Positions 51,361-60,056 of a stretch of DNA of 64,000 nucleotides are shown here, piece by piece; within the stretch, counting starts at the first letter, position 1; each line of letters opens with the position of its first letter. The position numbers and the translations under genes were made by a program. A model generated the notes under the pieces. It was not told the origin of the DNA, did not search any database, and saw only the letters and a program-made list of their open reading frames with translations. Source of the stretch: an uncultured Gammaproteobacteria bacterium (GTDB taxonomy: Bacteria > Patescibacteriota > Microgenomatia > UBA8517); contig CAZBTH010000002.1 of assembly GCA_964494885.1 (NCBI GenBank), forward strand, positions 29,271-93,270, in the 5' to 3' direction.

Positions 51361-51530
51361 TCCGCTCCCTCCTCTCTTTTTATGGGAACAAGAATGTAAC
51401 CTTTGCCTTTACACGCATGGCAAATAAGCGTGCCATATTTGAGCGTTCCAAAGCTATTGCAAACTGGACACTTTTGAGCAATGTGCGTAGCTTTAGGGCT
51501 TTCATTAAATGTATTTTGTGTGTTTTGCAT
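51357..51530 (-). CDS. Small DnaJ-type zinc-finger protein (57 aa; not in ORF track)
   Basis: CPVCNSFG...CHACKGKG; ATGA overlap with the rep gene. Confidence 0.7.
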   Translation of the reverse strand: MQNTQNTFNESPKATHIAQKCPVCNSFGTLKYGTLICHACKGKGYILVPIKREEGAE

Positions 51531-51955
51531 TTAACCATTAAAAAAGACACAGTTAGAAACTTGTTAAATCTCTTGGCTGTGCCTGGTCAAATGCTCAATA
51601 TGGAGCGTGAATCGGGCTAAATGCCTATTTGATTAGTATTAAGAAGAAGAGTCTGGAGCTTAATTATCATTCTTTGCTTCAATCCCTCCCTCTATCCAGC
51701 TAAATTTTTATACCCTTTTAAAGTTGATGTCAACTAGATATTCCAAAACCTCAAGTATGGGGTAGGTATAGTTCAATTATCAAACCTATTGCTTAGCAAT
51801 ATAGTCATTACACTTACACAGAGGGTAGCCTACAATTTGTCAAAGCTATTGTATTGGAGTTGTATTGTTGTTGTAGATGGCAAGATACGAAGCTTTAGCC
51901 TTGAGATGAGAGGGGTCGTTGGCATATTTGGGTGTAGTCCCCATACACAAAAGCC

Positions 51956-52603
51956 CTAGTTACTTTGAGGTCTAACAACACAAGAGGTTTGATACCAAAC
52001 TGGAATAAATTTGCTTTCTTTATAAATATATCTAGTGGTTTTATACTCCCCCGTATTCCAATCTACATTTTCATTTAAGAAAAAACCATTATTATCTCCA
52101 ACTTCTTTGATATAAACATTTGCTCCCTTAGCTTTGAAAACTACATATCCATCTTTAACAATTACAGCTAAATTTGGTGTGTGATTCATAGCAATATCAG
52201 CAGAGAGTATCCTTTCATTCTTTTGATCATTATCTACATCAAATTTTCTTTCTATCCACGCATCATTTGGAAGAACCACATATAATTCTTCACCATATGG
52301 AGATTTTGTAGGATCAAACTTCTCTTTTAATGGAAGAGTTTCTTCACTTGAATTTACTAATTTTGGTGGATACGTAACCATCACTTCATTAAAAATATTT
52401 GAAAAATATTCTTTTGGAAAGTTTTTATCCATGTAATGTGGACAATTAACGCTAACTAATTGAGATTTTTGAATATCATCAAACTGACTTGATTTTATTG
52501 CTCCAGATAATATAAGTGTTCCTATTATTGAAACGGTTGACAACAATATGTAGGATAAGTATTTTCTCACTTGCATTGTGGAAAAACTAAAATTTTTGAG
52601 CAT
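51956..52603 (-). CDS. Membrane-anchored hypothetical protein
   Basis: N-terminal TM; FDVDND.KNE motif. Confidence 0.7.
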   Translation of the reverse strand: MLKNFSFSTMQVRKYLSYILLSTVSIIGTLILSGAIKSSQFDDIQKSQLVSVNCPHYMDKNFPKEYFSNIFNEVMVTYPPKLVNSSEETLPLKEKFDPTKSPYGEELYVVLPNDAWIERKFDVDNDQKNERILSADIAMNHTPNLAVIVKDGYVVFKAKGANVYIKEVGDNNGFFLNENVDWNTGEYKTTRYIYKESKFIPVWYQTSCVVRPQSN

Positions 52604-52770
52604 CCTTGACCCGTTAAGTTATTTACTTTTGCACCCCAACCGAGTGGACTGTATGAATATCTATTTAACCAGATCAATAAACAAAGAAGCAAAACAATAA
52701 TTATAAGTATAATTTTTGTGAAATATCTTTTATCTAATATTGATTTTGCAATTTTAATCCATTTAAACAT
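52567..52770 (-). CDS. Small membrane protein
   Basis: One TM segment; NRYSY motif. Confidence 0.55.
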   Translation of the reverse strand: MFKWIKIAKSILDKRYFTKIILIIIVLLLCLLIWLNRYSYSPLGWGAKVNNLTGQGCSKILVFPQCK

Positions 52771-52811
52771 AGTGCTATTATTTATTAAATAAAATGCTCA
52801 GTTAGTATTAA

Positions 52812-53504
52812 TTATTTCAATTTAAATATGAATTTACCGACAATGTTTTTTCTATCAATTTGATTAACGTCTTTTTCTCTTTTATCAAACATGATTAAAT
52901 ATTTATTTTCTTCCAATTTAATATCAATAATTTTATCGTCCTCCCAGCCTGACCAATCTACATAGGGCTCATTCAACAAATCCCCATTCACAATTACCTC
53001 TCCTTTTTTTAATATTAAATTTTCATTAGGTAAGCCGATAATTCTTCCCATAATTGATCCACCGCTATTTGATCTATACTCAACAACATCACTTCGTTTT
53101 GGATCTATCAATTTGTAAGAAATAACACTCACAAGGTAATACTCATCATTTTTATATGCGGGTTCCATTTTTTGCCCAGTAACTATTGCGTATCTTGCAA
53201 CAAATATGGGGGTTAAAAAGATAATCCCCGTCAATATCAACATTGAAACAAGAATTATTTTTATAATTTTATTTACAGACAAAAATAACCACCATAAAAA
53301 CGACAAACCCCCTATTACCAAAGATAAGAGTATTGTAAGTGTAATTATATTGAGAGTATCTCCACTTTGATTACCAGAAACCTCCATCATTAACCAAACA
53401 ATTGAGAGAATAAATAAAAAAACAGATATCAACCAAACCTTTAGTAAGATTTTCTTTTTGGGGTTCTTTTGTTGTGTAAGAACTTGTTTGTCTTCATTGG
53501 TCAT
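52812..53504 (-). CDS. Signal peptidase I (S26)-like protein with substituted catalytic residues
   Basis: GQKMEP, PKRSDVV, MGRIIGLP, VNG..LNEPY, IVGK. Confidence 0.8.
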   Translation of the reverse strand: MTNEDKQVLTQQKNPKKKILLKVWLISVFLFILSIVWLMMEVSGNQSGDTLNIITLTILLSLVIGGLSFLWWLFLSVNKIIKIILVSMLILTGIIFLTPIFVARYAIVTGQKMEPAYKNDEYYLVSVISYKLIDPKRSDVVEYRSNSGGSIMGRIIGLPNENLILKKGEVIVNGDLLNEPYVDWSGWEDDKIIDIKLEENKYLIMFDKREKDVNQIDRKNIVGKFIFKLK

Positions 53505-53599
53505 ATATCAACTGTTATTTCCTATTATAAGAGCTATACCTCAATAAATGCAAGATATATCTGGTAAAGATTTATTTTGGAATCTACTACCCTTAGGGT

Positions 53600-53812
53600 A
53601 TGAATTACCAACCGATTTATAGAAAGTTAGGTGAAAGGATTGAGTGGTTTCGTAAGGAAAAGGGGTTAACGCAAGAAGAACTAGCTGAAAAAGCGGGACT
53701 ACATAGGGCTTATTTTTGGGATATTGAAAAAGGAAGAAATATCTCAATAAGAACCGCATATAACCTATCAAAAGCACTTGGAGTATCACTCTCCGAATTA
53801 TTCAATATTTGA
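53600..53812 (+). CDS. XRE/Cro-C1 HTH regulator
   Basis: R.EKGLTQEELAEKAGLHR.Y...IEKGRN. Confidence 0.92.
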   Translation: MNYQPIYRKLGERIEWFRKEKGLTQEELAEKAGLHRAYFWDIEKGRNISIRTAYNLSKALGVSLSELFNI

Positions 53813-53818
53813 TAATTC

Positions 53819-54118
53819 TTAAAAAGCATCTTCTGTGCCAATTGGAGGATCAAATACTGGAGCAGGCGTTACTGGTGTCGGAATGTTTGGCATCGTAGGT
53901 TTAGGTCTAGGGCTTCTTGAAACTGGTAATATTTGAAAAGTATTGCGTAATGCATAATAAAATCCGTTCCTCTCAAAAAGTTGTCCCAAAAAACTCCCAG
54001 TTGGACTCCAGATATAATTTTGATTGTCTAACCAACCTAAATACTCGCCATCCCATCTAAAAATATTATTCTGATCCGTAAACGCTAAATATTTTCCACT
54101 CGTTTTATATATATTCAT
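53819..54118 (-). CDS. Small beta-repeat protein with Pro-rich tail
   Basis: Repeated IY..SG.YL / IF..DGEYLG / IW..TG.FLG units. Confidence 0.7.
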   Translation of the reverse strand: MNIYKTSGKYLAFTDQNNIFRWDGEYLGWLDNQNYIWSPTGSFLGQLFERNGFYYALRNTFQILPVSRSPRPKPTMPNIPTPVTPAPVFDPPIGTEDAF

Positions 54119-54840
54119 GTTTTTTTATTTCTAGATCCTTTGATTTTATTGTTTAAATTTAATGCTTTACTTATTATCTTGTGTTCTGGTATATAACTTG
54201 CGGGTATGGCATACCCAATACCAAGTTGCAAATTACTCATAAGTGCTTTGTAAATATCAACTAAATCTACACTATGTATTGATATAGCACCTGAATACAT
54301 TTTATTGACTTTGTCTAGTATTTCCTTTCCTTCTCTTCTTTGAGCATTAACTACACCAATTACACTACCATCTTCAGCCAATAAAGGACAACCACTATTC
54401 CCTGGGTTGACGGTTCCATCAATCAGATAAGTGGTAACACCAGTAGCGTCTTGTGTTATAGAGGATATGATACCCCGATGAGTAGTCAAATCATCTAAGT
54501 CAAGAGGGTAACCAGAAAACAGAACTTCTATACCAGGCTTTACATCGCCCTCAAATTTTATCAATGGTTTTCGGTCTGAATCTTGAATACCCAGCAAGGC
54601 TAAATCATGCTCTTCGTCTCTTAACAATACTTTGGCTACTCTGAATTCACTATCATCCTGAAACTTAACAAAATTAATATACTCTGAACCTAGAATCACA
54701 TGATTACAGGTAACTATAATTCCCGATTTGAAATAAACAAAGCCTGTGCCAGTCCCTACGGATTTCTTAATGTTGGGGTCAAAAGTTATTATTTTCGCAA
54801 CACTATTTCTAATTTTCAATATAGTGTTTGAGGAATCCAT
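54115..54840 (-). CDS. Cytoplasmic trypsin-like serine protease (S1)
   Basis: GTGF, TCNHV, DLALL, PGNSGCPL; no signal peptide or PDZ domain. Confidence 0.9.
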   Translation of the reverse strand: MDSSNTILKIRNSVAKIITFDPNIKKSVGTGTGFVYFKSGIIVTCNHVILGSEYINFVKFQDDSEFRVAKVLLRDEEHDLALLGIQDSDRKPLIKFEGDVKPGIEVLFSGYPLDLDDLTTHRGIISSITQDATGVTTYLIDGTVNPGNSGCPLLAEDGSVIGVVNAQRREGKEILDKVNKMYSGAISIHSVDLVDIYKALMSNLQLGIGYAIPASYIPEHKIISKALNLNNKIKGSRNKKT

Positions 54841-55087
54841 TAATTCAGATTATACAGATAAAATATGGTTATTAAAAGATCAATAAAAGAAACTTTTATA
54901 TTAAGAATTACTTTTTGTCTAGTTTTAATATAAAAAGGGTTGTATTTTTGATTGTTTAATCCTTCCAAAGTTATCTCTTGATAAAATTAATCTAGCTTTA
55001 CAAGGTTCTGGCAATATAAATGAAGAAACCAATTCTATTTTTGGAATAGTGAACTGTATGTTCCCACAGATAAACTCATATGAAGTA

Positions 55088-55366
55088 TTATACCGCAATT
55101 GCCTTTTGTTCCAATTTGGAGACTCTTTTTTCCAATTTATTAAATTCTTCGACAGTCGGGGCATCATCCTCCAAATTTGCCACCTGCAAACCAATCTTGT
55201 CAATTCTCTGTGTAAGGTTCTTATTAACTTTGTCGATCTTATCATTAACACCCTCAAAGCCTTTTTGTGTTTCTTTTCGAAGCTTACCGATTTCACCAAG
55301 CAGTTCAGACTTCATGGCGCTTTGGCCGTTAATTAGCACTCGCAACATTTTCTTTGTGTCGTCCAT
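55088..55366 (-). CDS. Small coiled-coil protein
   Basis: Heptad-rich; ends LEKRVSKLE. Confidence 0.7.
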   Translation of the reverse strand: MDDTKKMLRVLINGQSAMKSELLGEIGKLRKETQKGFEGVNDKIDKVNKNLTQRIDKIGLQVANLEDDAPTVEEFNKLEKRVSKLEQKAIAV

Positions 55367-55595
55367 GCATTCAATATATCACTTAGTAGTCACCAATTTC
55401 AACGCTATTCAATCCATAAAGAATATCATCAATCTGTCATTCAACTGGTTCGACTTCGATCGCATGGGTCTGTTCAGAAGGGTAAATTTGGAACAGTGAA
55501 AAGACTATCCCGAAAGAAAGCTGTGGCGTGGCTAGATTTTAGCATACTCTCTCCCCTATTTTTACTCCTCAGAAGATTAGTGTATAATTCCCGCC

Positions 55596-56777
55596 ATGAA
55601 ACAGGAAATACTATTTGCCGAAGCTAAAAACCTTAAGGCTGAATTCACCTTTTCAAAACTGGACGCAGAGGAAAAAGAAATAGTTGACTCACTTGTTACA
55701 TGGTCAAACCCGGAAAGGTTTGCCGACCGAATCGAACAACTTCATGGCAGAAGTGTGGTTATTAAAAGCCCGACAAGACATGTTTCGGATCCTACAGACT
55801 TTTTCATGGAAAAATATGACGGAATTCAACTTTTTGGATTCGGAGGCGCAAGGGCAATGATACGTGAAGGTGTCGCTGAGGTACCAAAAAAAATTGAAAT
55901 CACACAACTTAACGAGGCCGACCATTCAAACGAGCTTGCACAAATTATCGAGCTAAGGGACTTTGATGACAACGGCAGATTAAAAACATGGAATAGGACT
56001 TACGCCCCATTGCACGGAATGGACAAGGGCGAAGCAAAGGCCAGAAAGGCAATAACAGTAAAAATTGCCGAATATCACAGCAAAGTATTAAAAGAACAGG
56101 GAGTTCCTTTTTTCTGTGTCCCCGAATTTGTTGCAGAAGGTTTTTTTCCTGACAAAAGAGACCTTTCGGGTAATCCCCTGGTTTTCCAAGCATACAGAGT
56201 TCCTGTGATTGATCGATTTCCTTCTCAGTTGGTTCGAACCGCCGGTACGGAAGGCATGGAAGCCATGTTTAAACGTTTGCAAACATTTTCTTTCTTGGCA
56301 GGCAGATTTTTAAGAACCCTCCACAAAACATTCGAACTGGCCTACATGGACGGACATATGGGAAATATGAGTTTACTAAGAACCGGAAAAATGGCCGGAA
56401 TTTATGCAACCGATTTGGGAAGCGCCAAAGATATAAAAAGCCACCCGTTTGCAGAAAAATTCAGAGGAATTGATATATACACTTATATAGCAACATCACG
56501 TCGGCTTATAGTAAGCTTTATTAATTATTTGAAAGAAAGACATGTCAGTGACAAAACCTTAAAAGATATTCAGAATTCACTTACATCTATCGGTGTTGAC
56601 GGCTTTGCCTCGGGATATTTTGAAAGTGAAATATCGGGAGGTGAAACCATGGCCCCAAGAGAAATTATTGAGAAAGGGAAAAAATTTGGAAACGACCTTA
56701 TGAAGATATTCTCCCCAAATAGCAGTCCTCAAGTCTCACTGGATATGTTTGAGATATACCTTAAAGAAATGGTTTAG
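55596..56777 (+). CDS. Hypothetical protein with kinase-like (APH/PKL) motifs
   Basis: LRTLH....YMDGHMGN...TDLG. Confidence 0.55.
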   Translation: MKQEILFAEAKNLKAEFTFSKLDAEEKEIVDSLVTWSNPERFADRIEQLHGRSVVIKSPTRHVSDPTDFFMEKYDGIQLFGFGGARAMIREGVAEVPKKIEITQLNEADHSNELAQIIELRDFDDNGRLKTWNRTYAPLHGMDKGEAKARKAITVKIAEYHSKVLKEQGVPFFCVPEFVAEGFFPDKRDLSGNPLVFQAYRVPVIDRFPSQLVRTAGTEGMEAMFKRLQTFSFLAGRFLRTLHKTFELAYMDGHMGNMSLLRTGKMAGIYATDLGSAKDIKSHPFAEKFRGIDIYTYIATSRRLIVSFINYLKERHVSDKTLKDIQNSLTSIGVDGFASGYFESEISGGETMAPREIIEKGKKFGNDLMKIFSPNSSPQVSLDMFEIYLKEMV

Positions 56778-56883
56778 TGATTTAAAGCGTTAAAAACGTG
56801 TGGTTTTCCCAACCTTGCTAACGTAACAATTCCCAAAGAAAGTGACATTAAATATTTTTACACTTTTCTGGAAACACTCGGGT

Positions 56884-57078
56884 CTATCTTTGGGCGTCGT
56901 ATTGAATTTTTGCAACTTCTGCTTCTGCTGCCTGTCTGATTTTCTTGCTCGCTTCGTCAGCGGCTGTTTGCCTTTGTTCAATAGCCAAACGATCAGCCTC
57001 ATCTTTAGTTTTTTGAGCCTCTCGGTCTATAGCCATCTTTTGTTGTCGTAGGTCTGTCATATGTTTCTGACTACGCAT
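56884..57078 (-). CDS. Small charged helical protein
   Basis: Coupled to the upstream gene (TAATG overlap). Confidence 0.6.
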   Translation of the reverse strand: MRSQKHMTDLRQQKMAIDREAQKTKDEADRLAIEQRQTAADEASKKIRQAAEAEVAKIQYDAQR

Positions 57079-57329
57079 TATAGCAGCCTGCTAATGACAA
57101 GGACTAAAAGTGAACCCGCAACTGCAACAAAGAAAGATGTTAAGTTAAAGCCGGTGACCCCGACTCCAAAAAATCTTTGTCCCAGATAACCACCCACAAC
57201 TGCTCCGATAATTCCCAAAATGATTGATCCAACAATTCCCCCCATTGAACTGGGAGAAATAAAATTGGCAATCGCCCCTGCGATAAGTCCAAAAATAACC
57301 CAATAAATAATTTCAGTCATATTTATCAC
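57078..57329 (-). CDS. GlsB/YeaQ/YmgE (transglycosylase-associated) membrane protein
   Basis: GLIAG.IA...I.LGIIGAVVGG.L. Confidence 0.88.
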   Translation of the reverse strand: MINMTEIIYWVIFGLIAGAIANFISPSSMGGIVGSIILGIIGAVVGGYLGQRFFGVGVTGFNLTSFFVAVAGSLLVLVISRLL

Positions 57330-57333
57330 CCCC

Positions 57334-57528
57334 TTATTTTGTCTGATTAACGTTTACATCAATCTCACTGGGTATATTTACCTGCGGGGTTCCCATTTGT
57401 CTAAGCGCGGGAAGCCCATACACAAATCCCAGATAACCCAAAATAACCAAAACTACAATTACGACGATCATTCCCATGGGTCCACCTGAATTGTCGGAAG
57501 ACGGCGGATTATTTACAATAGTTGTCAT
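57334..57528 (-). CDS. Small single-TM protein
   Basis: GAGGTG SD; one TM. Confidence 0.7.
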   Translation of the reverse strand: MTTIVNNPPSSDNSGGPMGMIVVIVVLVILGYLGFVYGLPALRQMGTPQVNIPSEIDVNVNQTK

Positions 57529-57608
57529 ATAATATTCACCTCTTTTCCAAAAAGGCTGGCATTTAAACCTTTAATTTTGATTCAAATGCCAAGTCCTTAC
57601 CCTAGAAC

Positions 57609-57860
57609 CTAAAGCTTGCTCTTAACAGCTTTCTTTGCCTCTTCAACCTTCTTCTCCCCTTGATTAACCACGTCCTTGGCCTGATCGGCAACACCCGATG
57701 CAACCTCTTCTACTTTATCCTTAACTTCACTAAACTTTTTACCAATTGCTTTCCGATTTCTCTCCTCGGAAAGAACAACTGCTGTTGCCCCTACTGCTGC
57801 TCCTACTACGGCTCCTACCACCCCAGCGGCAATAGGACTCATCCCTTTGTCATTATTTGC
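57609..57860 (-). CDS. YtxH-like protein
   Basis: AAGVVGAVVGAAVGA..LS...R. Confidence 0.7.
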   Translation of the reverse strand, partial: ANNDKGMSPIAAGVVGAVVGAAVGATAVVLSEERNRKAIGKKFSEVKDKVEEVASGVADQAKDVVNQGEKKVEEAKKAVKSKL

Positions 57861-58089
57861 CATCTTTAACACCCCCCTTCTTTACGAACATGTCCTTCAA
57901 ATAAATAATTCCTTTTTTAATAAAATCCTTAAGTTCTTCTGCATCTTTTGCAATAGCGTCTACTTTTTCTAAAATTGAAGTTAGTTCTTTAAGAGTGTTG
58001 GAAAGGTTAAATGCCGAGTACGACACAAACCCTACCAGTACTAAAAATCCGATTGCCAAAGAGTAATTTAGAAGATCGTAAGAATTCAT
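57853..58089 (-). CDS. Small membrane protein (DUF948-like)
   Basis: TM + coiled coil; upstream of the YtxH-like gene. Confidence 0.6.
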   Translation of the reverse strand: MNSYDLLNYSLAIGFLVLVGFVSYSAFNLSNTLKELTSILEKVDAIAKDAEELKDFIKKGIIYLKDMFVKKGGVKDGK

Positions 58090-58097
58090 ACTCTTAG

Positions 58098-58394
58098 TTA
58101 TGTTGATTTTCCGGTAACTTCAAAAATACTTTTAATCTGGGGGTTTGTGACCTTGTAGAATATATTTTTACCTTGACGCCTAGACTTAACCAGCCCTGTA
58201 AGCCTTAATATTTTTAAATGTTGGGAGGTGTTAGATTTTCTGACCTTTAGAACTTTTGATAGTTCATTGACCGTAACTTCGAAATTCATAGTCATACTTA
58301 GAATTTCAAGTCTTTTGGAGTTGGCAATAGCTTTGAACAGTTCGGCCATTTGTTCATAAACTTTTGGTGTGTATGAAAGTTTATTTGTTACCAT
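58098..58394 (-). CDS. ArsR/SmtB family regulator
   Basis: FKAIA..KRL.IL, SQHL..LR..GLV..RRQG..IFY. Confidence 0.92.
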   Translation of the reverse strand: MVTNKLSYTPKVYEQMAELFKAIANSKRLEILSMTMNFEVTVNELSKVLKVRKSNTSQHLKILRLTGLVKSRRQGKNIFYKVTNPQIKSIFEVTGKST

Positions 58395-58411
58395 ATCTAA
58401 TATGCTAATAT

Positions 58412-58427
58412 GTTACATATTTGTAAC
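58412..58427. promoter_or_regulatory. GTTAC-N6-GTAAC operator (copy 1; also at 62588-62603 and 62694-62709)
   Basis: Three palindromic copies, each just upstream of a start codon. Confidence 0.7.
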
Positions 58428-58444
58428 ATATACTAACACCTGTG

Positions 58445-59074
58445 TCAAGTCCCTAAATCGGTAAACACCACAAGACGTTTACTGTAACTCTTATTTGCTT
58501 TGTCCCACGAGCCATAACAAGTAATAAGATTAAGATGAGCAGCATCGTCTAGCGTGAATATCTCTTCTGCATAACCCGGACTATAAATACGGTTTTCCCG
58601 TACAACAAAAGTGATCAGTTCTCCCTTATTATCCTCTATGAACAATCTGTCTCCTACTTTTAATTTATCTAAATCAAAAAACACACCGGGCTCACCACTC
58701 TTTCCGTCTATATGTCCGTCAATTACAGCGCTTCCTACTGCCCCCGGCACTGTCCCGGAACTAAACCAACCAACGTTGGTAACACTGCTTGGCACGTCCA
58801 TTTCACCATTAGATTTGATTCCCACATATTCAACGTATGTATCAACATTTATAGTTGGAATTATCAAACGTACAGGCAATTTTTCTTCTCTGTTTTGAGA
58901 TTCGTTTGCTAAAACACTGCTGCCAAATTGGGAATACCAAATATTGTTCCATATTTGACCCATAGCAAAAAATAGAATTAGTATAGAAGAAAACAACACA
59001 AAAATTATTTTTATCAAAGATTGTCTTAAGGTTGTTATCTTTATATATTTACGCGATTGAATATCCTTGTACAT
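58445..59074 (-). CDS. Class F sortase
   Basis: G.MDVP, PG.VGSAVIDGH, F..L..L..GD, LNLITC, RLVV. Confidence 0.92.
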   Translation of the reverse strand: MYKDIQSRKYIKITTLRQSLIKIIFVLFSSILILFFAMGQIWNNIWYSQFGSSVLANESQNREEKLPVRLIIPTINVDTYVEYVGIKSNGEMDVPSSVTNVGWFSSGTVPGAVGSAVIDGHIDGKSGEPGVFFDLDKLKVGDRLFIEDNKGELITFVVRENRIYSPGYAEEIFTLDDAAHLNLITCYGSWDKANKSYSKRLVVFTDLGT

Positions 59075-59087
59075 AGAAGTTGAAAAA

Positions 59088-60056
59088 TTACCGTCTTCTA
59101 ATTTTTACAATTAAAAAGACTATCGACAGTATGAGGAAAGTCGTAATTGACGCATCAAATGGAGTTTCATATAAACTTTTTATGGGGCTAAAAAGATTTT
59201 GGGATGCCGAGGATGCTATTTTCTCAACCAACATCGGTGTTGGAACAGCTGACGGGGTAGCAATTATGGCAGTTGATGGAAGTTTTGCTTTAACCGCCAC
59301 TATCGGCTTTGGTTTAACCATGACTGCCCCCTCTCCCGGAATCGCGTCGGTAAACACTACCAGGCGCTGGGGATAGGTGCCGTTTACCTGATTCCAAATT
59401 CCTTCACACGTTATCAAATTAAGATGGGCAAGCCCGTCACCGGATGTGAAAACAGTTGTGGGATCGGCGTTTCGGTCAAAAGATTGCACCGCTCTTACCA
59501 TAAACGCAAGAGTTTCGCCTTTGTCATTTAATACATATACCTTATCGCCAATTTTAAGTTTATCTAAGTTATAAAAAACAAATGGTACCCCATTACTTAT
59601 ACCGAAGTGTCCCCCGATAACCGAACTCCCCACCTGACCCGGATGAGGACCAAGAGAAAACCAGGCGACGTTTACCGAACCTATGGGAACATCCATTCTT
59701 CCATCATTTGTAATAAGTGCATCCTCAACTACCGAATCTACACCTATAGTCGGGATTTGAAGACGTACCGGAAGCCCCCGGGGAATCCCACCTGGGTCCC
59801 TAATGCTGGAATATGCAAGCTGGGAGCCGGGACTAATTGATACATCAAAAAGCGGAGGGGAACCGACATTTGCAATATTGCCCGTTGTTGGAGCAAATTT
59901 TGTTTTTGGAAATCTCCATCCAAAAGATTTGTCAGTGAATACATTTACAGAGCTATTTTGATTAATAACATTTGGCAACCAAAAAAAACCTGCGCCAAAG
60001 ACTCCAATCAATGCTGATGTAAATACGATAAATTTGGTTAAATTTGATATCTTCAT
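59088..60056 (-). CDS. Class F sortase with extra C-terminal TM anchor
   Basis: PGQVGSSVIGGH, LNLITC, RLVV; C-terminal TM + RRR. Confidence 0.9.
   Translation of the reverse strand: MKISNLTKFIVFTSALIGVFGAGFFWLPNVINQNSSVNVFTDKSFGWRFPKTKFAPTTGNIANVGSPPLFDVSISPGSQLAYSSIRDPGGIPRGLPVRLQIPTIGVDSVVEDALITNDGRMDVPIGSVNVAWFSLGPHPGQVGSSVIGGHFGISNGVPFVFYNLDKLKIGDKVYVLNDKGETLAFMVRAVQSFDRNADPTTVFTSGDGLAHLNLITCEGIWNQVNGTYPQRLVVFTDAIPGEGAVMVKPKPIVAVKAKLPSTAIIATPSAVPTPMLVEKIASSASQNLFSPIKSLYETPFDASITTFLILSIVFLIVKIRRR

Larger units (their letters stand above)
48303..55064 (-). mobile_element. Integrative element of about 6.76 kb in the ychF 5' end (att cores TTCC at 48301-48304 and 55061-55064)
   Basis: Original ychF start (ATGAGTTTATCTGTGGGAA = MSLSVG) stranded at 55079; reconstructed attP has an inverted repeat centred on CC; AT-rich cargo; int, xis-like and rep genes. 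Confidence 0.88.

Noticed and set aside
48303-55064. Complete prophage
   Set aside because: No structural, packaging or lysis genes
54925-55299. 124-aa ORF as an independent gene
   Set aside because: Its 5' part is an alternate frame of the coiled-coil gene and crosses the att site; only the last 45 codons are meaningful, as the integrase tail
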